DNA of 34,274 nt from Natronohydrobacter sp. Its GTDB lineage: Bacteria > Pseudomonadota > Alphaproteobacteria > Rhodobacterales > Rhodobacteraceae. Position numbers and translations under genes: made by a program. Below, in pieces: positions 1 to 8,690 of this stretch. Under the pieces are notes generated by a model, which saw only the letters and a list, made by a program, of their open reading frames with translations, ran no database searches and was not told the DNA's origin. Every line of letters begins with the position of its first letter. Positions within the stretch are counted from its first letter, which is position 1. The DNA is taken from contig SKGU01000011.1 in assembly GCA_007117255.1 (NCBI GenBank), positions 1 through 34,274 on the forward strand. The letters run 5' to 3'.

Positions 1-333
1 CGTCGCGCAGCCCGGCAAAACGGGTTCCAGCTCGCTTGCCACAATGGACGCGGCCACAATAAAGCGCGGCAACATGGCCAGTCCCAGCCCAGCCAATGCG
101 AAATCGCGCATTGCCTCTCCGTTGTTCAAGATCAGAAGGCTGCGCACTGGCGCTGGCGTAAGCTTGCCATCCTTCTCGAACAGCCACAGTTGCCCATCAG
201 GTATATGGCTGTAACTCAGCACTTGATGCGCCGTCAGATCGGCCGGTTCTACTAGATGGCCCTGACGGGCCAGATAATCAGGACTGGCGCAGGCGACCAT
301 CTGCTCAGTGCACAATGTTCGCCCAATCAAGGC
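1..333 (-). pseudogene. LysR-family transcriptional regulator, C-terminal substrate-binding domain only (5'-truncated; runs off the window edge)
   Basis: Minus frame reads ALIGRTLCTEQMVACASPDYLARQGHLVEPADLTAHQVLSY...LILNNGEAMRDFALAGLGLAMLPRFIV..., typical of a CrgA-like LysR effector domain. An in-frame TGA at 342-340 lies just upstream and no HTH domain is present. Confidence 0.8.
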
Positions 334-589
334 GCAGACTCACTGGTTGCCGGTTCTGCGCACGCTCAAGGCAGATTTCTGGGGTCAGGGTCGGCGGATG
401 GTGTCGCGGGCGCGCGATCTGTTCCATGAAGATGGAAACCTGACCGATTCCGCCAGCCGCGACCGGCTGGCGGAGTTCACAACGGGTTTGCAAAAACTCT
501 CTGAAACGGGTGTCGGCCTCGGTCCGGTGATGTCCGGCGGCTCCGAAATCCATTGGTCGTCATTTGGCGAGACGCTGATTCAGCCATGA
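332..589 (+). pseudogene. C-terminal remnant of an NAD(P)H-dependent FMN reductase (ChrR/SsuE-like)
   Basis: AQTHWLPVLRTLKADFWGQGRRMVSRARDLFHEDGNLTDSASRDRLAEFTTG resembles the C-terminal third of flavodoxin-fold FMN reductases. The N-terminal FMN-binding motifs (GSxR, PEYN) are missing. Confidence 0.65.
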
Positions 590-2092
590 CCGTGTTACCT
601 CAAGATCAGCGGCTGCAAGGTCGTGGCCTGCTGGCAAGGTCTGTGCGTCAATGTTGGCGCCAGCGCCACGCAGCGCCACTTCAAGCGCCGGGGCCATACG
701 GGCGAAGGGATCCTGCGCGCCCGATAGAAGCAACACATCGACCCCCTCCAGATCAGGGCTTGGTGAGTCTTCCAACACAGCGATGCCGCGCAACAGGATC
801 GCACGCTCTACCAGACCGGGGTGCAACAACATCACAGCCCCCAGCAGATTCGCGCCGTTAGAATAGCCCAGATAGCTGATGCGCCCCGCATCCAGCCCGT
901 AGCTTTGCACGGCGCGTTCCATAAACCCCGTGAATGCGGCCGCCTCAGACCGGATATCGGCCTGATCATAGGTCACGGCATCGAAACGGCGAAACCAGCG
1001 GTTGATCCCTTCTTCGGTGGACCGCCCGCGCACACCCAGCAGCGTCGCGCGCGGCGCAATGCGATGGGCGAGAGGCATCAGATCGGCTTCGTTTCCACCA
1101 GTGCCGTGCAGCAGCACAATCACCGACCCATCAGGATCGTCCGGTGTATGAAAGCGGTGTATGAAGGGTAAATCGCGCATGGGTGTTCTTTCTGCGCCGG
1201 GTTGGACGAATTGTGGCAGCATCACGCGCAAGTCTTGGGCGCGGGCGGCGTCATGCGGCGGGAAGAGCAATGTCTGACCCAGGGATTGTCGTGGTTCGTC
1301 AATTGCAAGGCCCGGACCATCAGTTGCGTATTCAATCAAATGACCGGCGGGGTCGCGGACATAGAGTGACAGGAAATAGCGTCTGTCATGCACCTCGGTC
1401 AGTCCCTGCGCAGCACCAAGCGCGCGCCGCATGCTGCGCAGGTCATCTGCATCCCGCGCGCGAAAGGCTACATGGTCAATCATTCCGGTTCCAGCAATTG
1501 CAGGCACAAATCCACTACCATCGCGCAGATCGATCACATCCCGGTCTGACACCATGCGAAGCACTGCACCTTCTTCAGCGCCTGCGCGATACCCGAATTG
1601 CGCAAGAAAACCCGCGCTTGCATCCCGCTTGTCACTCAGAAAGGTTACGGCGCGCAAACGTGTAGGGGCAATGGGGTCTGGCAGAGGGGCCGTTGCCGGT
1701 AACTCAGCGCCCACCAGCTTGACAATAATCCCATCAGGATCGCGCAAGCGCAGGACCGATTCACCAAATTCGCGCATCGGCCCTTCGACAGGGATTTGCG
1801 CATAAAGCGCACGCGCCAGCCAATCACCAATGCTGGCGGGCGGCACGGCCAGCGCGATCTCGAACACCTGTCCGTGCCCGCTACGGCCACGCGCGCCTGC
1901 TTCCCACACAAGAAAGCTGATCAGACTGCCGGGGTTGCCTTCGGCATCACCGTAGAACAGATGCAACTGTTCACCGTCAGCAAATCCGGCAGTCTGCTTG
2001 ACCAGTCGCAAACCCAGAAAACCTGCATAGAAATCGACATTGGCCTGCACCCGCGATGTGATAGCGGTCACATGGTGAAATCCGGATGGCAT
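560..2092 (-). CDS. VOC/glyoxalase-family ring-cleaving dioxygenase (PcpA/MhqO-like) fused to a C-terminal alpha/beta hydrolase (carboxylesterase)
   Basis: N-terminal GFHHVTAIT...LGLRLVKQT, DHVAFRA, DRRYFLSLYVRDP and LIEYATDGPG give a His/His/Glu metal triad. C-terminal LLHGTGG, GYSNG nucleophile elbow, QDP and GHDL give a Ser-Asp-His triad. Confidence 0.88.
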   Translation of the reverse strand: MPSGFHHVTAITSRVQANVDFYAGFLGLRLVKQTAGFADGEQLHLFYGDAEGNPGSLISFLVWEAGARGRSGHGQVFEIALAVPPASIGDWLARALYAQIPVEGPMREFGESVLRLRDPDGIIVKLVGAELPATAPLPDPIAPTRLRAVTFLSDKRDASAGFLAQFGYRAGAEEGAVLRMVSDRDVIDLRDGSGFVPAIAGTGMIDHVAFRARDADDLRSMRRALGAAQGLTEVHDRRYFLSLYVRDPAGHLIEYATDGPGLAIDEPRQSLGQTLLFPPHDAARAQDLRVMLPQFVQPGAERTPMRDLPFIHRFHTPDDPDGSVIVLLHGTGGNEADLMPLAHRIAPRATLLGVRGRSTEEGINRWFRRFDAVTYDQADIRSEAAAFTGFMERAVQSYGLDAGRISYLGYSNGANLLGAVMLLHPGLVERAILLRGIAVLEDSPSPDLEGVDVLLLSGAQDPFARMAPALEVALRGAGANIDAQTLPAGHDLAAADLEVTRSWLNQRLAK

Positions 2093-2269
2093 GAAAGATC
2101 CTCCGCTCTGTGGCGCGCATGCGCTTTGGGGTCGCCCGTCATCTATGTGACATGGGAAGATAGCACGACTGGCACAAGGACGAATGCGGCGTTCGACGCA
2201 AGCGAACAGGCTTTGCTTGCCGGTTGCGCCTTAGCGCCCTAACCTGCCATGGAAACAGGAGGATGCACC

Positions 2270-3202
2270 ATGAGCTGGAACCCGACTCTTGACCCCGGAT
2301 GCCCTGATGATGTGGGGGTTGATGCTATCGAAACGCTGATCGTGCCGCGTGCGCGGGACATTGGCGGGTTCGAGGTGCGCCGCGCCCTGCCCGCCCCCAA
2401 ACGCCAGATGGTTGGTCCGTTCATATTTTTCGACCAGGCCGGGCCTGCGGAATTCCTGACGGGCAAAGGGATAGATGTGCGCCCCCATCCGCATATCGGG
2501 CTGGGAACCGTCACCTATCTGTATCAGGGCGAGTTCCACCATCTGGACAGCACTGGTGCAGATCAGATCATCCGTCCAGGCGCGCTGAACTGGATGATGG
2601 CTGGCAAGGGTGTAACCCATTCGGAGCGCACGCCGCAGGTGACGCGGCAAGGACCGTCCAGCCTGTTTGGCATCCAGACATGGATCGCCCTGCCAGAAGA
2701 CCGCGAAGATGAGGCACCGTTTTTCGAGCATCATGGTGCTGATACCTTGCCCGAAATCCTTGATACCGGCGTCAAGGCGCGGCTGATACTTGGCACGGCG
2801 TATGGTGCGCAAGCACCAGCAACGATGTATTCCGAAACGTTCTATCTGGACGTTGTGCTGGAGGCTGGCACGCGGTTTCCGCTGCCAGATGATCACGAAG
2901 ATAGGGGTCTGTATATCACATCGGGCACTGTCGAGATCGCAGGCGACGTGTTTGAAGCTGGCCGCATGATGGTGTTCCGGCCTGGTGACAGAATTACCGT
3001 GCGTGCAGGCGAACAGGGTGCACGGCTTATGGCATTGGGCGGCGCCACACTGAACGGGCCGCGCCATATCTGGTGGAATTTCGTCGCCTCCTCACGCGAG
3101 AAGATCGAGGCCGCAAAAGACGACTGGCGCGCGGCCAGATGGGGACTAGGGTTGTTCGACCTGCCGCCACAGGACAGGGATGAACATATTCCCTTGCCAT
3201 AA
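2270..3202 (+). CDS. Pirin family protein
   Basis: VGPFIFFDQ, VRPHPHIGLGTVTYL and MMAGKGVTHSE pirin metal-binding motifs, plus IWWNFVASS in the C-terminal cupin. Start moved to ATG 2270 after an AGGAGG RBS. Confidence 0.93.
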   Translation: MSWNPTLDPGCPDDVGVDAIETLIVPRARDIGGFEVRRALPAPKRQMVGPFIFFDQAGPAEFLTGKGIDVRPHPHIGLGTVTYLYQGEFHHLDSTGADQIIRPGALNWMMAGKGVTHSERTPQVTRQGPSSLFGIQTWIALPEDREDEAPFFEHHGADTLPEILDTGVKARLILGTAYGAQAPATMYSETFYLDVVLEAGTRFPLPDDHEDRGLYITSGTVEIAGDVFEAGRMMVFRPGDRITVRAGEQGARLMALGGATLNGPRHIWWNFVASSREKIEAAKDDWRAARWGLGLFDLPPQDRDEHIPLP

Positions 3203-3345
3203 TCTGCGGCCAGACGAGCCCCATCATTCTTTACTTGCAAAAACTCTGCCAAGTGACGGCGAGGCTTGTTTGTTGAAGCCGTGGGCCCAAGCCGACAACC
3301 AGCGGTCGTCTTGGGCAAAAAAGCATCGCCCAAATCAAAGCTGGA

Positions 3346-3687
3346 TCGCTTTGGTATGTCTGCATGATCGCAGCATTTTCGCGCTCGCCAGGGCCGATCA
3401 CGGCGAAGGTACTCGCCGCAGGGGGGGGCGAGCCTGAGCATATACCTTGGCCAGTCGATCATCCTCTCGACGATATTCTCAGGCTATGGTTTTGCGCTTT
3501 TCGGGCGCAGTGGATCGTCTGATCCGCCACCCTCATTGGAGTGGCCGTGACAATAGCTTTGAAGGGCGTGTTACTGGTCTGGAGGGCCTACTTCACTCTT
3601 GGGCCATTCGAATGGGCCTTGCGACCGATCACTTATTCGGGGACCGACGCTGGAGCATTACGCCAGCGATCAGCGTGCAGTGTCTGA
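3346..3687 (+). pseudogene. Frameshifted 3' remnant of a DUF418 (YeiB-like) membrane protein
   Basis: Pieces in successive frames: ...AFSRSPGPITAKVLAAGG / SLSIYLGQSIILSTIFSGYGFALFG / ATLIGVAVTIALKGVLLVWRAYFTLGPFEWALRPITY. These match the DUF418 signatures SLxxYLxQS...FxGYG and GPxEWxxRxxTY. One frameshift is in a G8 run at 3421-3428. Confidence 0.75.
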
Positions 3688-3708
3688 AAACTATGGATAC
3701 TTCCGCGC

Positions 3709-4659
3709 TCATTCCGGGCGCAGCGGGAGTGACAGGATCAGACCGACCAATTCGGCCTGGCGATGCGTGTCCGTCTTGGCAAAAACATTGCGTAGGTGAA
3801 ATGCGATTGTTGTCGGCGCAACGCCCATTTCCCGCGCAATATCTTCAGGTCGCAGCCCCGATGCGAGCAGATGTGCCACCCTTGCTTCAGTGGCGGTCAA
3901 CGCGAACATTTCTTTCAGCGCTTCCGATGACAGGGCGGGTCGCGCCTCTGGGCCAGCAAGGAAAACGATCACCATCGCCCCTGCACCTGTATAGGGTGCA
4001 GCCGGACAGGCATGGAGTTGCGCCATCAGGCAACAGCTGTCATCAAGGAGCATCGACAGGCAGCTTTCCTGTCCGGCATCCGCTTCTGCGCCCATGCGCC
4101 GGACAGGTTCGGCCAACTGGTCGCGCAAATCAGACCCGTGATCACCCAGCAAGCGCCGCGCCGCTGGATTGACGTGTCGGATCTGGCCGTCCGGGCTAAA
4201 CAGCACCACCCCGACAGCCAGCGCATCGCACAGTTGTTGCCCTAACTCTGCAAGCGTGCGAATGCCCGCGCGCGATTGCTGGCTCTGTCGCAGACGGGCT
4301 TCGACTGTCGATAACAGAAGGTCATAGTCTATAGGCTTGGTCAGATAGTCATCTGCCCCGGCCCGCTTGCCGCGGATAACAGCCTCATTCATCGACAAGG
4401 CAGAGAGAAACACCAGTGGAACATGCGCCAGATGCGGATAGTCTCGGCGAACCCGTGCAAGCACTTCGTAGCCGTCTATGCCCGGCATCATGATATCACA
4501 CAGCAGAAGATCAGGGGTGATCTCATCAAGCTGCTGAAGCAACGTGCGGCCGTCGCGGGCCTCGACGACGTCATAACCCGCCGCTCTCAGCTCATCCGAG
4601 ATATCGCGCAGAAGTTGCGGTTCATCTTCGGCGCACAGTATCAGGGGTGGCGCACTCAT
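3709..4659 (-). CDS. Response regulator: REC + PAS-like + LuxR-type HTH
   Basis: ILCAEDE...LLLCDIMMP...YLTKPID receiver domain, GVVLFSPDGQIRHVNPAA PAS-like segment, LTATEARVAHLLASG...IAREMGVAPTTIAFHLRNVFAKT LuxR HTH. The start at 4659 overlaps the kinase stop (ATGA). Confidence 0.92.
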   Translation of the reverse strand: MSAPPLILCAEDEPQLLRDISDELRAAGYDVVEARDGRTLLQQLDEITPDLLLCDIMMPGIDGYEVLARVRRDYPHLAHVPLVFLSALSMNEAVIRGKRAGADDYLTKPIDYDLLLSTVEARLRQSQQSRAGIRTLAELGQQLCDALAVGVVLFSPDGQIRHVNPAARRLLGDHGSDLRDQLAEPVRRMGAEADAGQESCLSMLLDDSCCLMAQLHACPAAPYTGAGAMVIVFLAGPEARPALSSEALKEMFALTATEARVAHLLASGLRPEDIAREMGVAPTTIAFHLRNVFAKTDTHRQAELVGLILSLPLRPE

Positions 4660-6032
4660 GGATCGCCTGCAGTATCCGGATGCGCGCATGCCAGCCACAG
4701 GGTAAACACCGAGCCTTTCCCCTCGCAAGTGTAAACTGTCAGCCTGCCGCCTTGCAACTGCGCCAGTTCATGCGAGACGGCCAGCCCCAGCCCCGTTCCA
4801 TGTCCCGTGCCACATCCCGTCACATGATCTTGCCCCCGATAGTAACGGTCAAACAGATAAGGAATATCGCGTTGCCCGATGCCTGGACCCTGATCAGTCA
4901 CAGAGCAGGCTATCTGCCCATCCTGACTGAAGACGCGCAGCGTGATTTCAGTGTCACAGGGGCTGTATTTCAGCGCATTGGACAGTAGATTGTCGACGAT
5001 ATGACACACCAGATGCGGATCGCCCTGCACCATAAGCGGCCCTTCGGCACAAGTGAATTGCAGCGCGCGCTCCGGGTGGCGGAGTTGCGCTTCGTTGACC
5101 AGTGATGCAACCAGACGGCACATGGACAGCGGCGCAAACTGGGCCTGTAGCTGATCATTGTCGAGCTTCGCCAACAGCAAAACAGTGTCAACCAGCCGCG
5201 TCAGCCTGCCGATTGCATCGCTGACAATCGCGCGGCGCTCTTGCACATCCTGTGCTGTGACATCGCCTCCTTTCCGTGACAACCTGTGCATGGCGCTGTC
5301 AATCAGGCTGAGCGGTGTGCGCATCTGATGCGAGACAATCGCGGCGAAATCGCGATACATTGCTGCGCTGTCGCGTTCCTGCTCCAGAAGCGTTGTCGTG
5401 CGCATTCGCTCCATCTGGGTCAGATAAAGCCTGCGCTGGTTGCGCAAGAGCAGCCATGACACAGCAAGCGCAGCGGTCAGGGCCAAGGCCACTGACAGGA
5501 TGATCACTTGCTGCGTGGCGCGATAGTCATCCAGACGGGCGGCTGTCTTGCCCCAATCCGTGGTCATGACATCATTGGCGATGCGGTTGATCTGCGGTTG
5601 AATGCGCAGGCCGAAATCAAACAGCCCCGCATGCAGTTCAGGCGAATGACCATGCTCTAGCGGGTCAAGCGCCAACAAGTCGCGCGACATGAGCTGAACT
5701 GTATCCAGATGACCGATATCGGCCAGATAGCGCGCCTGCGGCCCTTCATTCATCAGGTTCAGCCGTGACATCACCAGATCGAAGCGCTGCGCGATTTCGT
5801 CATCTGTAGCCGAACGGGTGCCTGCGGCAAGGGTCAGCATCAGGTTTTCCATCTGCGTCTGGGTTACGACCCATAGCATATTCTGGGTCGCCGCGATCCG
5901 CATATCGCGTTCCAGCGCCGAGCTTTTCGCCAGCGCCAGCCCCAGAGAGCCAACAAAGATCAACAGCAAGGGCACGAGCGGAGCATAGCTTGCCCATGTC
6001 TTGCGCAACTCTCTAGCGCCCTGCCCGCTCAT
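4656..6032 (-). CDS. Membrane sensor histidine kinase (2 TM, helical periplasmic domain with W-x7-E motif)
   Basis: Two hydrophobic segments, H box SHQMRTPL, N box DNLLSNALKY, G1 DQGPGI, F box FDRYYR and G2 GTGLGL. Periplasmic NMLWVVTQTQME. Confidence 0.93.
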   Translation of the reverse strand: MSGQGARELRKTWASYAPLVPLLLIFVGSLGLALAKSSALERDMRIAATQNMLWVVTQTQMENLMLTLAAGTRSATDDEIAQRFDLVMSRLNLMNEGPQARYLADIGHLDTVQLMSRDLLALDPLEHGHSPELHAGLFDFGLRIQPQINRIANDVMTTDWGKTAARLDDYRATQQVIILSVALALTAALAVSWLLLRNQRRLYLTQMERMRTTTLLEQERDSAAMYRDFAAIVSHQMRTPLSLIDSAMHRLSRKGGDVTAQDVQERRAIVSDAIGRLTRLVDTVLLLAKLDNDQLQAQFAPLSMCRLVASLVNEAQLRHPERALQFTCAEGPLMVQGDPHLVCHIVDNLLSNALKYSPCDTEITLRVFSQDGQIACSVTDQGPGIGQRDIPYLFDRYYRGQDHVTGCGTGHGTGLGLAVSHELAQLQGGRLTVYTCEGKGSVFTLWLACAHPDTAGDP

Positions 6033-6502
6033 TCGACATGCAGCGTTTCAAGCTGCCAGACCCAGCGTGTATCAAAGCGGATATCTTGCAGCTCGCGATG
6101 ATCATCGCGCGGATAGACAATCCAGACCGGTCCCTTGTCGCGCGGGCTGAGGGGCTCACCATCCTGATAAAGCGCGCCAATCACATCGAACTCTTCGAAA
6201 TCGGATATCGGGATTTCGATCCGGTAATCGTTGAGCGCGACAGCATGAACGCGCGTGCCTTCAGCCCCATATCGCGCCAGAAGATCGCGCATCAGAAACC
6301 CTTTGAAAGATGGGGTGCCGTCGGTCACTGAAGTCGAGGTTGTCAGCTCATGCTGCGGCATGGATTTCAGCTCGCTGCGACTTAGCCCAATTGGCGCATC
6401 GCGCACAGCGCCCGTCAAAGTCAGCGCGGGTGGGTCTGCCGCAACCGGCGTCGCGGCAAGAATCGTGGCAACTAGCGCGGCATGTGACCTAATGATTTTC
6501 AT
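6029..6502 (-). CDS. Periplasmic degenerate molybdopterin-oxidoreductase-fold protein (PruR/COG3915-like, putative pterin binder)
   Basis: Signal peptide MKIIRSHAALVATILAATPVAA after a GGGGAG RBS. Motifs FKGFLMRDLL, ALNDY, PRDKGPVWIVYP and RWVWQL. The mature protein has no Cys. Its stop overlaps the kinase start (ATGA). Confidence 0.82.
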   Translation of the reverse strand: MKIIRSHAALVATILAATPVAADPPALTLTGAVRDAPIGLSRSELKSMPQHELTTSTSVTDGTPSFKGFLMRDLLARYGAEGTRVHAVALNDYRIEIPISDFEEFDVIGALYQDGEPLSPRDKGPVWIVYPRDDHRELQDIRFDTRWVWQLETLHVE

Positions 6503-6662
6503 TTCTCCCCCTTCGCATGATGAAATCGGGGGCGGCTGATTGCGGCCTCTGTGCGCATTTGCACCGCCCAGACTTGGTCTGCCGACCCTAAAGTGCCAAG
6601 GCAATGCGTTTCCATCAACCCCCTGCCGCAGGGCGAAAGCGGGGCAGGACTGGGTTGCGCTG

Positions 6663-7280
6663 CTACGGCATGCGATCAAGAAAGCGCCCGTTGACCCAGC
6701 CCAGATTGCCCGGCAACCCGGTCGAGCGCACTTCGACCCAAACCGCACCGCTGCTCAATGTGCGAATGCGCCCAGAAATCCGCAGATCACGCGCATTGGG
6801 CGCAAACATTCCGACAATCCCATAAGAAACACCGGGGCCAGAACGGATATTGAGCACATCATTCGCAGCGACACCAACCACGCGGTATGCGTGTTGATGC
6901 GCCATATGATCCTTGAACAGGCTACCGGGCGGTTCTGCACCAAGAACTGGTGGCGCGGTCTGGGCTTCTTCGCTCAGAAAGCGCGCGTTAACCCAGCCAC
7001 CCGAAGGGATGCGCGGATGGATCACCCGATACCACAGCCCCCCATCCCCTGAGCGGCCTTGCTGACCGGTCCAAACTATCCCGCCTGTGCCAGGTGGCAA
7101 GACCCCGACAATTGTGCTGCCACGCACCCCGATACGGTCGCGCACATTCAGCACGTCATTGGACGCAACACCAACAACACGGTAAGTGACCTCGCTGGCC
7201 TGCAGCGGCATCAGAAAGGCAAAAAGCACGACAGCAAGTGCAAGCAACGGCGCCGTCAGGGTGTATCTTGTCATGGCCAT
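6663..7280 (-). CDS. Exported protein with two tandem bacterial SH3 (SH3b) domains
   Basis: Signal peptide, then two repeats of YRVVGVAxNDVLNxR...IVG..P...W......GWVNxRFL. Confidence 0.85.
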   Translation of the reverse strand: MAMTRYTLTAPLLALAVVLFAFLMPLQASEVTYRVVGVASNDVLNVRDRIGVRGSTIVGVLPPGTGGIVWTGQQGRSGDGGLWYRVIHPRIPSGGWVNARFLSEEAQTAPPVLGAEPPGSLFKDHMAHQHAYRVVGVAANDVLNIRSGPGVSYGIVGMFAPNARDLRISGRIRTLSSGAVWVEVRSTGLPGNLGWVNGRFLDRMP

Positions 7281-7322
7281 GAAGCATCCTTTCCATTGTT
7301 GTCCTGATGTCTGGCCGCTGTG

Positions 7323-7880
7323 TCAGAACCCTTCCACACGCAGCCCTTCGCGCCCTGCAAGGGTGCCCAGATCATCGACCGGCGTGCCCGACAGCGTGAG
7401 CGCCTGCAGTTCAGGCAAGCCGTCAATCAGGCTCAGATCGTGCACATCCGTTTTGTCGATGCGCAGATGTGTCAGCGTCGTAATCTCGAACAGCGGCGAA
7501 AGATCGGACAGGTTGGTTTCGTGAACCCACAGTCGATCCAGTGCAGACAGCGCCGCCAGCGGTGCGATATCTGACACCCTCGTTTCCATCAGGCTAAGCC
7601 GCTCCAGTGCAGGCATCAGCGTCAATGTGTCGATATCTGACACATTCGTATCGATGAGTTGCAGGTGACGCAGCCTGCCCAGCCCTGCAAGCGCTGCTGG
7701 ATCAGAGACTTGCGTCGAAGACAGTCCAAACAGTTCAAGATGCGCCAGACTGGACAGAGCGTCGAACTCACGCGCCATTGTGTCTTCAATCATGCGCTCT
7801 GTGCGTGCGTGATCGGTTTCAGCAGTTGCAGCGGTGGCCCATAACAACAGTGCGGCGGATGTCGAAAGCGGTCGGATCAT
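7323..7880 (-). CDS. Small exported leucine-rich-repeat protein (internalin/SDS22-like 22-aa repeats)
   Basis: Signal peptide (…ATAATA), then about six repeats of LxxLxxLxxLxLxxTxVxDxxx. Confidence 0.85.
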   Translation of the reverse strand: MIRPLSTSAALLLWATAATAETDHARTERMIEDTMAREFDALSSLAHLELFGLSSTQVSDPAALAGLGRLRHLQLIDTNVSDIDTLTLMPALERLSLMETRVSDIAPLAALSALDRLWVHETNLSDLSPLFEITTLTHLRIDKTDVHDLSLIDGLPELQALTLSGTPVDDLGTLAGREGLRVEGF

Positions 7881-8605
7881 GGCGTATGCAGATACATGAA
7901 GGTCAGATGCTCCGCATCGAACAACGCGCTGTTGACGTCAAAGGCGATGGGCTGGCCATCGCTGAGCACCCCGTCGAATGAGAGCGCAACATAGGCATCT
8001 GCGCCGCCGGGCTGGCGGCGAGCAACGTCGTCCTCGGCAATAAAGTTCAGGTTTCCTGTGCCATCTTGCAAATAGGCCAGATCGACGTCATCGCCTTCGG
8101 CATCACGCCCGATGAGCTTGCCAAGCAGCACATAGGACGGGTCGGGATGGGCCTGATCTGTGAAATCTGGAAAGCTCTGGAGGGCGAATTGTCCTTCCAC
8201 CGCATCCGGGTTATCGGCTGGCAGCATCAACAGGCAAAGCAAAGTGATCGCCCGCTCTTCGGGAACAAGAAAAGCCTGCATTGCCGTTACCATGGCACTG
8301 CCTGCATTCCCATGCTTGAACAGGGCAGAGCCATGGATAGCCGTTTCCTGTGGGGCTGTCGCGCGGCCATGCAGCCAAGTCTCGCTCTCGGCCTCGGCAA
8401 TGCCTGCGCGCAACTCCGCATCTGATAGGCCCAACTCCTGCATGGTGCAAAACCCTATATCGACAACCTCGAAGGCGATTTCGGTAAACTCTTCAAGATC
8501 TGGCTCTTCGCCCCAATCAGCCAGGGCCATCCCGGTTGTCAGCGCCGTCATGGAAACCATGACCACCGCCAGGGTCGTCGCACGCGTCGCAACTCTGCAT
8601 GACAT
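7877..8605 (-). CDS. Hypothetical acidic exported protein
   Basis: Signal-peptide-like N-terminus (…GMALA-DW) and an AAGGAG RBS upstream. Asp/Glu-rich. Stop overlaps the LRR gene start (ATGA). No family recognised. Confidence 0.72.
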   Translation of the reverse strand: MSCRVATRATTLAVVMVSMTALTTGMALADWGEEPDLEEFTEIAFEVVDIGFCTMQELGLSDAELRAGIAEAESETWLHGRATAPQETAIHGSALFKHGNAGSAMVTAMQAFLVPEERAITLLCLLMLPADNPDAVEGQFALQSFPDFTDQAHPDPSYVLLGKLIGRDAEGDDVDLAYLQDGTGNLNFIAEDDVARRQPGGADAYVALSFDGVLSDGQPIAFDVNSALFDAEHLTFMYLHTP

Positions 8606-8690
8606 GGGAAACTCCTTGCTTCAGTCTTCACCTGCGATAGCTTGGATTGTTGCAGCCCGGCTCAGCAGGGGCCTGGCCGCCCTGCGCTAT

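Noticed and set aside
3447-4172. 241-aa plus-strand ORF
   Set aside because: Off-frame read through the DUF418 relic and antisense to the response regulator.
6029-6502. Annotation as catalytic MsrP/YedY sulfoxide reductase
   Set aside because: Too short, with no Tat motif, no Mo-ligating Cys and no msrQ partner.
6620-6650. GC-rich imperfect hairpin between the double-SH3b gene and the PruR-like gene
   Set aside because: Imperfect stem and no U-tract. Not enough to call a terminator.
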